Below, piece by piece: positions 19,904 through 29,013 of a stretch of DNA of 64,000 nucleotides. Under the pieces are notes generated by a model. It did no database searches, was not told where the DNA came from, and was given only the letters and a program-made list of their open reading frames with translations. Position numbers and translations under genes: made by a program. The DNA lies in IMG/VR virus record IMGVR_UViG_3300031260_000038, positions 1 to 64,000 of that record; one strand, given 5' to 3'. Numbering within the stretch: the first letter of the stretch is position 1; each line of letters begins with the position of its first letter. The stretch is from a virus. Lineage: Duplodnaviria > Caudoviricetes.

Positions 19904-20156
19904 AAACTAAAATGCGGATGTAAAAGTGAGTGAATTGCTGGAAACCCCTTAGAGCCTTAGATACCAAAGTGTAAAAATTCTAAGGATTGGGCAATCAGCA
20001 GCCAAGCTATCAGAGATAGAAGGTTCAACGACTACTGGAGTTTAGCGATAAACTTAATAACCAGATACAGCGCTCACCTACCGACCATCAATGATTGGGA
20101 GATGATATAGTCTAGACCACAACGAGAAATCGGCTTGGGAAACCAAGTGTGGTAGG
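19904..20156 (+). ncRNA. group I intron (253 nt, no homing endonuclease)
   Basis: P AATTGCTGGAAAC, Q AATCAGCAG, R GTTCAACGACTA, S ATGATATAGTCT; P1 exon AUCCGU pairs with IGS GCGGAU with a U-G wobble at the splice site; terminal G at 20156; splicing restores TNPCGEIPL. Confidence 0.93.
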
Positions 20157-21664
20157 GTGGTGAAATTCCGCTTACAAAAAACTCAGCCTGTTTGCTTGGA
20201 AGTATAAATTTATCTGAATATGTAAAAAACCCATTTACAAAAGATGCTTATTTTGATTTTGCAACACTTAAAAAAGATGTTTTTTATTATGTAAAAGGGC
20301 TTAATGAATGTTTACAAGAAAACATTGAATTTATGCCACTAAAAGAACAAGAAGAAGCGGTAAGAAAATATAGAGCAATAGGTCTTGGCTATTTTGGCTC
20401 TGGTGACATGTTCATAAAAATGGGGCTAAGATACGGCTCAAAAGAGTCTATAGACCTTGTTGATATGATTGGTTATGAAGTAGCGAAAGAAGCTGTTATA
20501 TCAAGTAGTAAACTTGTTAATGAGTTCCCTATGCCTGATATTATTAAAGATAATGCTGAAAAAATATTTTCAAGTAAGTTTTATAAGGCTCATTTTAATG
20601 AAGGAGAAAAGTATTTACCTATAAACACTTCACTATTAACAAGTGCTCCTACAGGAACATTATCCACAATGTTTAATGTTAGTGGTGGAATAGAGCCAAT
20701 ATTTTCATTAAAAATGTGGCGTAAAACAGAATCACTAAATAATGGCAAAGAAACAAGCTATGAAATAGATATACCTGTTATAGAAGGATGGAAAATGGCT
20801 AATAACACAACAGTTTTGCCAGAATGGATTGAAAGGTCTACAGCACTTACTCTTAATATAGAAGAACGAATAAACATTCAATCTGCATGGCAAAAACATA
20901 TTGATAATGCCATATCTTCAACTGTAAACCTTGCTGAAGAAACAAGCGTTGAAGACGTTATGAATTTATATATGTCGGCATGGAAACAAGGTCTTAAAGG
21001 AATAACAGTATTTAGAACAGGGTGTAAACGTGGCGCTATATTAACAACTAAAAAAAAGGAAAGCACAATAACAGAAGAAGATGTTTTTGAAGAAGCATTG
21101 GCATGGGGAGATACTCTTGACACAAGTGATGATTTAATTGGTCTTAAAAGAAAAATAATGTCTGGTTGTGGTTCGCTACATATTTTAGCATATTTTGATT
21201 ATGAAGGAAGACTTATGGAAATATTTTTAGATAAAGGTTCTACAGGTGGCTGTTTTAGTTATAGCAATGGATTGTCGAGAATGATAAGTATTGCCGCTAG
21301 GTCTGGTGTAGCTTTCGATAAAATAATTGACCAATTAAATTCTACATTACCTTGCCCTAGCTATGTAGGAAGAACTATAGCAAAAGGAGATACAAGTAGG
21401 GGTAAAAACTGTCCTAATGCTATCGCAAATGCTTTAATAGAAATGAAGCAAGAAGTGAATACTATACTTATGCTTGATGAAGGCGGTGTCAAAGAAGAGA
21501 TAAAAAATGTAAAAAATAAAGATGATTTGCCACTGTTGACAGAAGACGAAATATTAGATGCTAATATGTGTCCTATTTGTTACAAACAAGGACATGAAGA
21601 AAAACTTAACGCTAATTCTGGTTGCTTTTCATGTTTGAAATGTGGCTATAGTAAATGTGGATAA
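20157..21664 (+). CDS. nrdJ: class II ribonucleotide reductase, exon 2 (with C-terminal TSCPD/zinc-ribbon region)
   Basis: CGEIPL...ACLLGSINL, IGLG, APTGTLS, SGGIEP, ISSTVNL, LKGITVFR; spliced product 765 aa. Confidence 0.9.
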
Positions 21665-21681
21665 AAGGAGATATAAATAAT

Positions 21682-21870
21682 ATGTTGTACAGAGTATTTA
21701 TTCCAGAAGAAGAATATATGCAGTTTGATTTTAAATCAGATGTAAAGCCAGATAAAGGAGATATTATACTTTATGGCGATACTTCTTATAAAGTTAAAAG
21801 CGTTTGTTTCGGCATAGAGAACAATGTGTGTGATGGGTTTATTGACATTACCGCTAAGATAGTAGATTAA
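21682..21870 (+). CDS. hypothetical protein
   Basis: RBS AAGGAG before ATG at 21682. Confidence 0.5.
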   Translation: MLYRVFIPEEEYMQFDFKSDVKPDKGDIILYGDTSYKVKSVCFGIENNVCDGFIDITAKIVD

Positions 21871-21875
21871 ACAAA

Positions 21876-21912
21876 AGAGCCGATAAGATAATAGTCAAAA
21901 CTTGTCGGCTCT
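21876..21912. terminator. intergenic hairpin, possible terminator
   Basis: AGAGCCGATAAG...CTTGTCGGCTCT; no strong + strand U-tract. Confidence 0.4.
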
Positions 21913-21942
21913 AATCTAAAAAACAATAGGAGAAAAAAATAA

Positions 21943-22374
21943 ATGAATAAAGTTAAGATTAAATATTTTGATAAAGAAATAGACAAAATTGAAAAAATTA
22001 AAATTGGCAATTGGATTGACCTAAGAAGTGCTGAATCAATTTCTTATAAGGCAGGAGATTTTATTAAACTTTCTTTAGGTATAGGAATGAAGCTACCAGA
22101 AGGATATGAAGTTAATATAGTGCCTAGAAGTAGCACATTTAAAAATTATGGCGTTATTCAGACTAATTCTTTTGGTGTAGTTGATAATAGCTATTCTGGT
22201 AATGGTGATTGTTATTTTTTTGTCGGCTATGCTCTAAGAGATGGGGCTATCAATAAAAATGATAGAATTTGTCAATTTAGACTTAATAAAGTCATGGAAG
22301 ATATTGAATTTGAAGAAGTTGAATATCTTGACGAAATTGACCGTGGTGGTCATGGAAGTACAGGTAAACAATAA
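21943..22374 (+). CDS. dut: trimeric dUTPase
   Basis: IDLRSA, PRSS, GVVDNSY.G, RICQF, RGGHGSTG. Confidence 0.92.
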   Translation: MNKVKIKYFDKEIDKIEKIKIGNWIDLRSAESISYKAGDFIKLSLGIGMKLPEGYEVNIVPRSSTFKNYGVIQTNSFGVVDNSYSGNGDCYFFVGYALRDGAINKNDRICQFRLNKVMEDIEFEEVEYLDEIDRGGHGSTGKQ

Positions 22375-22395
22375 TAATAGAAGCGGAGACAGCAT

Positions 22396-23232
22396 ATGCA
22401 CGTAGGATATAAAGAATTTGTTCTTAACAATGATGACTTGGCAAGGTTTTATCAGGAATTTGTAGATTTAGGTCTTAAATATAACGAATATTTAGTTTTA
22501 GCAGATGAAGAAGGCAAGGTTCTTGATGTTAAAAAATTTAAGGGAGACCATTATGACAATATTTCAAAACATTCTCTTAAAACAGCTTTCTTTGATGAAA
22601 TAAAGCCTAAAGATGTATATCAAAGAATGGCAATAGATAGCCTTTTCAATGACCAATTTACAGCCATAACAGGTAGTGCGGGGTCTGGTAAGTCACTATT
22701 CTCTCTGGCTTATCTTATGAGACAAATAGAAACAGGAAAGCTTGATAAGATAGTTATTATGTTTAATCCTGTAAAGACAGCGGGAACAAAAGATATGGGT
22801 TTTTATCAGGGTTCATTTGAAGAAAAAGCACTACAGCAGTCTATAGGTAATATGCTTATATCTAAATTTGGTGACAAGAGTTTTCTTGAGCTATATCTTG
22901 CACAGGGGAAAATAAGGCTTGTATCTATGGCTGATGGCAGGGGCATGGAAATAGGCGATGGACAGGCACTGTATATAACAGAAGCACAGAACACTACAGC
23001 AGAAGTTATGGGTCTATGTCTATCACGTGTGTCTGATAAAGTAAAAGTAGTTATAGAAGGTGATTATTGTACACAGGTAGACGATAAGTGTTATACAGGG
23101 TCTAAGAATGGTCTACATGCCGCCATAGAGCTGTTTGCAGGAGAAGATATGTTTTCATGTGTTCAGTTTAAGAACGTGTACAGAAGCCGTATAGCCGACA
23201 TTGCGAGCAAATTACTAAGGAGTGATTCATGA
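22396..23232 (+). CDS. phoH: PhoH-family ATPase
   Basis: GSAGSGKS, GFYQG, GRG, ITEAQN, R...KVVIEGD..Q.D, YRS.IA. Confidence 0.85.
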   Translation: MHVGYKEFVLNNDDLARFYQEFVDLGLKYNEYLVLADEEGKVLDVKKFKGDHYDNISKHSLKTAFFDEIKPKDVYQRMAIDSLFNDQFTAITGSAGSGKSLFSLAYLMRQIETGKLDKIVIMFNPVKTAGTKDMGFYQGSFEEKALQQSIGNMLISKFGDKSFLELYLAQGKIRLVSMADGRGMEIGDGQALYITEAQNTTAEVMGLCLSRVSDKVKVVIEGDYCTQVDDKCYTGSKNGLHAAIELFAGEDMFSCVQFKNVYRSRIADIASKLLRSDS

Positions 23233-23312
23233 TATATTTAATTTTGTTTGTGGCAGGAATTATTTTTGAAAAATTATTTTCACCTTTAATTGATATGATT
23301 ACAGAATATTGC
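23229..23312 (+). pseudogene. 5' part of a small membrane-protein gene apparently interrupted by the TnpB2 element
   Basis: RBS AAGGAG, ATGA coupling, MIYLILFVAGIIFEKLF...EYC; runs into the element's left end. Confidence 0.45.
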
Positions 23313-23348
23313 GGAAAGCCACTTCTTTAGGTGTGGGATGGATAGCAC

Positions 23349-23377
23349 TTGACAACATGCACATTATGTGATATAAT
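23349..23377 (+). promoter_or_regulatory. consensus sigmaA promoter for tnpB2
   Basis: TTGACA-17-TATAAT with TG extension. Confidence 0.8.
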
Positions 23378-23383
23378 GTAAGT

Positions 23384-24865
23384 ATGAACACGAAATTATT
23401 TTATACAAACAGTAAAAAAGAGGTAAACACTTTGTCAAATTTTATTCTAACTTTAAAGTTAAATGCTGAGAAATATCAACAAGACATACTGGATAAACGA
23501 CTAGATATAAGCAGAACGATTTATAATAGTTGTTTGGGCGAATTATTTAAAAGATATAACACCATGAGACAATCTAAGGAATATCAAAAAACACTTAAAA
23601 TGACAGCAGGAAAAGAAAGAAATAAAAGGTTTAATGAATTAAATAAAAAATATGGATTGACAGAGTATTCACTTCACGAATTTGTTAAGCCTGTACAACA
23701 TCATTTTAAAAACAACATAGACAGTCACACGGCACAAAAAATCGCAACAAGATGTTTTAACGCTTTTCAGAAACTAATGTTTTATCAATCTAAAAAAGTA
23801 TGTTTTAAGCGGCATGGAGAAATGAACAGTGTTGAAGGAAAATCCAATAAGTCTGGTATAAGGTTTAAAGACAATAAACTAATATGGAACGGATTAAAAA
23901 TAGACGTAATAATTAAAAATAACGATAAATACACACAAATGGCACTAGGAAATAACATTAAATATTGCAGAATCGTTAGAAAACTAATTCGTGGAAAACA
24001 TAAATATTATGTTCAGCTAATATTAGATGGAGTGCCACCAATGAAAATTAACAGACACACTGGCGAAATTAAAAACGGCATAGGCAATGGAAAAGTTGGT
24101 ATTGATATTGGAACAAAAACCGTGGCATATGCTAGTAAATACGAAGTCAAGCTGTTAGAACTAGCACCAGAGATAAACAACATAGAAAAAGAAAAACGCA
24201 TACTTCAAAGAAAGTTAGATAGACAGCGTAGAGCCAATAATCCTAATAATTACAACGAAAATGGTACTGTTAGGGTTGGCGGTAAATCAGCAAGGTTAAA
24301 ATGGACAAAATCTAAAAAATATATTAAAACACAAAATAAATTAAGAGAAATCCAACGCAAGCAAGCCGATATAAGAAAACAATCACACAACAAGTTAGCC
24401 AACCATATTGTTTCATTGGGTAATGAAGTATACGTTGAAACTATGGATTATAAAGAGCTTCAATCTAGGGGTAGAAAAACAAATATTAATAAGAAAAGGT
24501 TTGGCAAATCATTAGCTAACAAAGCACCAAGTATGTTTTTAACTATATTGGACAATAAGTTGAAATGGCACAATAAACGATTGTTAAAAATAAACACCAT
24601 AAAGATTAAAGCAAGTCAATATAACCATGTGAAAGATGAATATATTAAAAAAGACTTGTCTGATAGGTGGAATGATTTTGGTAGTTTCAAAATTCAAAGA
24701 GATTTATATAGTAGTTTTATAATAATGTGCACTAAAGATAACCTAAAAGAAACAGATAAAAAGCTGTGTATCAAAGAATTTGAAAATTTTAAAATGCTAC
24801 ACGATATCGAGATTAAAAGAATAAAAAACAGTAAAAGTAAAACAATATCTAGTATGGGGATATAA
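23384..24865 (+). CDS. tnpB: long TnpB (493 aa)
   Basis: RuvC I GIDIG, II YVETM, III QRDLYS; bridge helix R.KLDRQRRANNP.NY. True start may be the TTG near 23431. Confidence 0.88.
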   Translation: MNTKLFYTNSKKEVNTLSNFILTLKLNAEKYQQDILDKRLDISRTIYNSCLGELFKRYNTMRQSKEYQKTLKMTAGKERNKRFNELNKKYGLTEYSLHEFVKPVQHHFKNNIDSHTAQKIATRCFNAFQKLMFYQSKKVCFKRHGEMNSVEGKSNKSGIRFKDNKLIWNGLKIDVIIKNNDKYTQMALGNNIKYCRIVRKLIRGKHKYYVQLILDGVPPMKINRHTGEIKNGIGNGKVGIDIGTKTVAYASKYEVKLLELAPEINNIEKEKRILQRKLDRQRRANNPNNYNENGTVRVGGKSARLKWTKSKKYIKTQNKLREIQRKQADIRKQSHNKLANHIVSLGNEVYVETMDYKELQSRGRKTNINKKRFGKSLANKAPSMFLTILDNKLKWHNKRLLKINTIKIKASQYNHVKDEYIKKDLSDRWNDFGSFKIQRDLYSSFIIMCTKDNLKETDKKLCIKEFENFKMLHDIEIKRIKNSKSKTISSMGI

Positions 24866-25112
24866 AATCCATATAGGTTTTGATACGAGCCTAATGCTAT
24901 CGTTAAAGTAATTCATTAGAATATGCTTAGATAGTGAAAGCCTTAGAGAAGATAATTAGTTTTTATATGTTGTAATAATTCTTGAAATTATGAGAGTATA
25001 GAAGAAGTTATAATATCTAAGAACCCTACTGCTTTAGCCGTAGGAGTATCAGAAATGGGATTTCATTGTGATGCACAAGGAGAAGAGATAGAAAGCGAAG
25101 GAGAGCCGATAG

Positions 25113-25283
25113 ATGAACAAGTGTGATAAATGTATGTTTCTTTATACATATTATTCTGAAAGAGAAAATAAATATAAAATAATGTGTGATTATCATGGAA
25201 AAGAAATAGAAAAGATAAAAGACAAAGATTCTTGTAAATACGCCCTTTATAGAAACGATGTAATAAAGAAGAGGAAATATTAA
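25113..25283 (+). CDS. small Cys-containing protein (56 aa, not in ORF track)
   Basis: RBS GGAG; MNKCDKC...C...C; stop coupled to the thyX start. Confidence 0.5.
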   Translation: MNKCDKCMFLYTYYSERENKYKIMCDYHGKEIEKIKDKDSCKYALYRNDVIKKRKY

Positions 25284-25909
25284 TGATAAAAATAGAACGT
25301 GCTCAAGTATTTGGTATTGATAATGCTTTATATGGCATGCGGCTACCAAAACAATCTAATGATAAGGGCGATAGTTATTGTGATGATGGTATATTTTTTA
25401 TTGGTGATAATGACCTAAAGCTTGCACAAACACTAATTAAAGCAGGGTCAGACCATAGAAAGTTTCTTAGGCAGATTTCTGTAAGTATGGCTATAACAGC
25501 CCCGAGATATTGGTGGTCTGAAATGGACACTTATAAAGTGGCTACAGCCGCCAATAGCGAAAGCACCATGCACAGACTAGCTCAAACACCAATAACAAGA
25601 GATTGTTTTAGTTTTGACAGTATTGAAGACTTGTATTATTTAATGGAAGAATCTTTTGAAGACTATGTGCAAGATTGTGAACGTTTAAGATTAAATTATC
25701 TTGAAACAAAAGATAAAAGATATTGGAGAGCATTAATACAAATGTTACCTTCATCATGGAATCAAACAAGAATGTGGTCTGGTAATTTTGAAGTTTTATA
25801 TAATATTATTAATGCAAGAGATAATCATAAATTATCAGAATGGCCTGATTTTATAGCGGAAATAAAAGATTTACCATATGCGAAAGAACTATTATTTTTT
25901 AATAAGTAA
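25283..25909 (+). CDS. thyX: FAD-dependent thymidylate synthase-like protein
   Basis: GSDHRKFLRQ, APRYWWSEMDTYK, NSESTMH, LPSSWNQ, RDNHKL.EW. Confidence 0.8.
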   Translation: MIKIERAQVFGIDNALYGMRLPKQSNDKGDSYCDDGIFFIGDNDLKLAQTLIKAGSDHRKFLRQISVSMAITAPRYWWSEMDTYKVATAANSESTMHRLAQTPITRDCFSFDSIEDLYYLMEESFEDYVQDCERLRLNYLETKDKRYWRALIQMLPSSWNQTRMWSGNFEVLYNIINARDNHKLSEWPDFIAEIKDLPYAKELLFFNK

Positions 25910-25927
25910 AAATGGCATAAAAAAATT

Positions 25928-25959
25928 GGGAGAACAGTTTAATTACTGTTCTCCCTTTT
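25928..25959. terminator. bidirectional terminator at the junction of the two genome arms
   Basis: GGGAGAACAGT-loop-ACTGTTCTCCC flanked by A- and T-runs between convergent genes. Confidence 0.8.
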
Positions 25960-25964
25960 GTTGT

Positions 25965-26111
25965 TTATATTGTAGGTATTATTTCTTCAAGATAGCCACG
26001 AATGGTTATAGCCACGGCTACGTCTCCACCTACAGCTTCTGCATAGGCATCAAATGTAGTTCCTTCTGGAAACACAAGTGGCAGTTCTAATGGAATATCT
26101 ACTAATTGGTC
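25965..26111 (-). pseudogene. start-less 3' gene remnant (DQLVDIPLELPLVFPEG...IRGYLEEIIPTI)
   Basis: 48 open codons with protein-like composition, bounded upstream by an in-frame TAA 15 nt below the recombinase stop. Confidence 0.4.
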
Positions 26112-26128
26112 TTATAAAATCACCCTTC

Positions 26129-27109
26129 TCACGATATGTGATATTTAAAATGAGCCTCTTTTGCTCTGTGAGTTGAACTTGATATATATACTCTAGTTGT
26201 ATCTGCTGACCTATGTCCTAGGGCATCTTGTATATCTGAAAGCTCCATGCCAGCTTCGTGTGATAGCGTTGCAAATGTGTGTCTTAATACGTGCGGTGTT
26301 AGTTTTTTAGAAATATTTGTTTTAATACTTATGTTTTCCAAGATTTTTTGTATAGCCCTGTTAGACAAATTGCCATGTGGTTTTTTAAGAGAAACAAAAA
26401 GATGCTCTGAGTCTACATCACGCTGACTGAGGTATGTTTGCAAATAATACAAACATTTTTGTGACAAAAAGGTTATTCTTTCTTTGTCGCCTTTTCCTAT
26501 AACGGTTAGCGTTCCTTGGTCTAGGTTCAGACTAGACAATTTAGCGCCCGCTATTTCAGACAGTCTAGCACCAGTTGAATACATTACTTCTATTAGCGCC
26601 CTGTCTCTTATGTTTTCACAAGCATTTCTAATTTTTTCTAAATCTATTATATTTAATGCTTTTGGAAGTCTGACAGGCTCTTTAATTCTTGAAAATCCAA
26701 CCCATATGTTTTCTTTAACGTAGCCTTTGGTCAGCGCCCAGCCGTAGAATGTTCTAAGCACAGTGACGGTGTTGTTCTTAGAGGAATTTTTAATAGATAG
26801 CTGTCTAATGTATTCCATTGCGTCATTGGTTGATATTTCAGAAATATTGCTAAAAGAACTAAGAAATTTATTGATTAATATTTTTCTATCTTTTACTGTT
26901 AGTGTTGAATAGCCCGCATCTAACATATGTTGACAATACCCCTGAATGATGTCTTCTTTATTAGCTTCCACTATTTCTGAAAACACTTCTTTAACACTAT
27001 ATTTTTGCAATAATCTTTGAGCCACCATTCTTAGCAAGTTGTGGTCTGCCGCCGTGTCTAACATTCTAACTGATTCTACCAATTCGTTTATTAGTTTTTC
27101 TTTGGACAT
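26129..27109 (-). CDS. XerD-like tyrosine recombinase
   Basis: RDRALIEVMYSTGARLSE, GKGDK, HVLRH, LGH, TRVY. Confidence 0.93.
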   Translation of the reverse strand: MSKEKLINELVESVRMLDTAADHNLLRMVAQRLLQKYSVKEVFSEIVEANKEDIIQGYCQHMLDAGYSTLTVKDRKILINKFLSSFSNISEISTNDAMEYIRQLSIKNSSKNNTVTVLRTFYGWALTKGYVKENIWVGFSRIKEPVRLPKALNIIDLEKIRNACENIRDRALIEVMYSTGARLSEIAGAKLSSLNLDQGTLTVIGKGDKERITFLSQKCLYYLQTYLSQRDVDSEHLFVSLKKPHGNLSNRAIQKILENISIKTNISKKLTPHVLRHTFATLSHEAGMELSDIQDALGHRSADTTRVYISSSTHRAKEAHFKYHIS

Positions 27110-27133
27110 AATAGCACCATCCTTTCAGATGCT

Positions 27134-27162
27134 ATTATATCACAAAGATTTTGTTTTGTCAA
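27134..27162 (-). promoter_or_regulatory. consensus sigmaA promoter for the recombinase
   Basis: TTGACA-17-TATAAT with TG extension on the - strand. Confidence 0.85.
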
Positions 27163-27183
27163 GTGCTATTTCGCAATATGTGG

Positions 27184-27303
27184 CTATTGTGTAATAATTT
27201 CAACTTTTTCGCTTTCGGTTATTCTTCCGATTTCCACGAGGTTATTTAGATAAGCTTCGTCTATTTTTCCCATTTGGAACTGTAATTTCAAAAACCTTAT
27301 CAT
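27184..27303 (-). CDS. XkdX-like small tail-associated protein (39 aa, not in ORF track)
   Basis: MIRFLKLQFQMGKIDEAYL...GRITESEKVEII; TAATG coupling; GRIT.E motif. Confidence 0.6.
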   Translation of the reverse strand: MIRFLKLQFQMGKIDEAYLNNLVEIGRITESEKVEIITQ

Positions 27304-27572
27304 TAAAATCCACCCCCTAAAACATCCACCATCAGCATTTCCAAGGCTTCAAGGCGTTCTTCTGCCGTCGGTTCTTTTTGCCAGTATTTATCAAAATTTT
27401 CTTCTAATTCTGACAACGTAGCGGTTGTCTTAAAAGCCAGTTCATCGTATTCATAAAATGTCTGACCTTCTTCATTCTTGTATTCACGTTCGTTTTTCCG
27501 TAAATACACATCAGCATACTTTCCGATTGGGAAATAAGATATTTTAGGTTGTTTGGTAGTGTATTCTGCCAT
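27303..27572 (-). CDS. tail-fibre assembly/chaperone-like protein (89 aa) after DGR1 RT
   Basis: RBS AAGGAGG then MAEYTT...; C-terminal PTAEERLEALE coiled-coil motif typical of XkdW-like proteins. Confidence 0.55.
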   Translation of the reverse strand: MAEYTTKQPKISYFPIGKYADVYLRKNEREYKNEEGQTFYEYDELAFKTTATLSELEENFDKYWQKEPTAEERLEALEMLMVDVLGGGF

Positions 27573-28716
27573 TGTTTTCCTCCTTTTGGTATTGACTGAT
27601 ATAATTTTTACAAATATTAACAGCTTCAACTATTTTAAGTTTTCTTCTAATAAACCACGAGTTTGTGTGTTTATACCAACTATAAGCAGATATAATTTTC
27701 CGTGCGATATTTATATTAATTTTTCTTTTCCAGAATTTAACAAAAACACGTCTTGTTTTTAAAAATATTTTAGTTCTAATCGTTGTAGAGTTCTTTCTAA
27801 AAACAAATCCCATCATGTCTATCGGCTCATTGTTTGAAAGCTTGTTCGTTTTCCAGAAATCCTTAATATCTAACAGCAATTCTTCCTTAAGGAATTTCTT
27901 TAACATTAGAAAGGCTCTTTTTACAAATTTCTTGTTTTTACCAGTCAAGATAAAGTCGTCCATATAGAATAAAACGTGTGTTATCAACCTCTTGCGAACA
28001 ACCCCTCTTTTAGTTCTTCTGACAGTGAATAATTTTTCGCTTGCAAAATGATAGGCATAAGACAAATAATAATTACACAAGTATTGAGATAAATATGAAC
28101 CAATTGAAAGACCGCCGTTAAACATTGATAATAATAATTTGAACAACCATATAAGCGTGTTGTTTTTAATATCTCTTTCCAAAAAATATATTAATTTGTC
28201 TTGTGGTATTGATGGGAAACACTTTACGACATCTCCTTTTATAAAATATTTTACTTCATTTCTATCAATCCACCTGCGTATAAATCTTTTGCCATAACAT
28301 TGTCCTTTATTGGGTAAAGATGCGCATTGAAATACTCCGATTTTTGCCATTAACATCTCTTTAGCACCCTCTATTGCGATATAATCACATATTTGGTGAA
28401 GTGGCGACTGAACCCCTATAGTTCTTTCTTTTTTGCACATATAATCGTACTTGGTGAAATATTGTATAGGTCTTAATTTCAGCGTCTTGTTTCTGATTTT
28501 GCCTGATAAATAATTAGCAATATTTAACACAATGCAATGTATTCTCGTGCGGTCGTTGTTCACAAAACCTGTTATCTCTAAATAACTATAATTTGAAAAT
28601 TTGCAAAACAATCTTCGCACATCTTTTCTGTTCCATTTTCTTTTTAAATATTTATATATGCAACTAACAATAAAATCCATGTTGCATATATCTATGTTTT
28701 TACAGTATCTTTTCAT
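27544..28716 (-). CDS. DGR reverse transcriptase 1
   Basis: KGDVVKCFPSI, DGR-type GLSIGSYLSQ, FYMDD, IDMMGF; adjacent to a TR/VR pair. Confidence 0.95.
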   Translation of the reverse strand: MKRYCKNIDICNMDFIVSCIYKYLKRKWNRKDVRRLFCKFSNYSYLEITGFVNNDRTRIHCIVLNIANYLSGKIRNKTLKLRPIQYFTKYDYMCKKERTIGVQSPLHQICDYIAIEGAKEMLMAKIGVFQCASLPNKGQCYGKRFIRRWIDRNEVKYFIKGDVVKCFPSIPQDKLIYFLERDIKNNTLIWLFKLLLSMFNGGLSIGSYLSQYLCNYYLSYAYHFASEKLFTVRRTKRGVVRKRLITHVLFYMDDFILTGKNKKFVKRAFLMLKKFLKEELLLDIKDFWKTNKLSNNEPIDMMGFVFRKNSTTIRTKIFLKTRRVFVKFWKRKININIARKIISAYSWYKHTNSWFIRRKLKIVEAVNICKNYISQYQKEENNGRIHYQTT

Positions 28717-28847
28717 TATGACCTTTCTAATAATGTCTCAATGGATTTCGCTAAACTACTAACCACTGCTGTAACGATTAATTTTACTTAGTTAAGTGAG
28801 CCGTGCCCGCTTAAAGCGGGGAGACTTGGCACATTGTTTTTTTATTA

Positions 28848-28960
28848 GATTGCCGGGGCAAGATATTCCAGTTCGAGTTCGTCAACGAGTTGTTGCCATT
28901 CAAGTAACGTAATCCACACTGAGCGTCATTGTTCAGATTACCGAAAGACTGCCATACCTT
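28848..28960 (-). repeat. DGR1 template repeat (TR1)
   Basis: 113-nt ungapped match to 29051-29163; all 25 mismatches are at TR adenines (coding strand); rich in AAY codons. Confidence 0.97.
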
Positions 28961-28982
28961 GCTGTGCCAAGAATCCTCTATA

Positions 28983-28998
28983 AGGGGTTGTCACCCCT
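28983..28998. promoter_or_regulatory. DGR1 post-IMH hairpin/cruciform
   Basis: AGGGGT-tgtc-ACCCCT just downstream of the target-gene stop. Confidence 0.7.
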
Positions 28999-29013
28999 CA
29001 ATGCTTCGCATTT

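Larger units (their letters stand above)
23313..25051 (+). mobile_element. second IS200/IS605-family tnpB-only element
   Basis: Left end GGAAAGCCACTTCTTTAGGTGTGGGATGGATAG; right end CCTACTGCTTTAGCCGTAGGAGTATCA; boundaries approximate. Confidence 0.8.

Noticed and set aside
19897-20164. TnpB guides acting as the missing homing endonuclease for the nrdJ intron
   Set aside because: None of the three predicted guides resembles the intron-less junction AATCCGT/GTGGTGAA.
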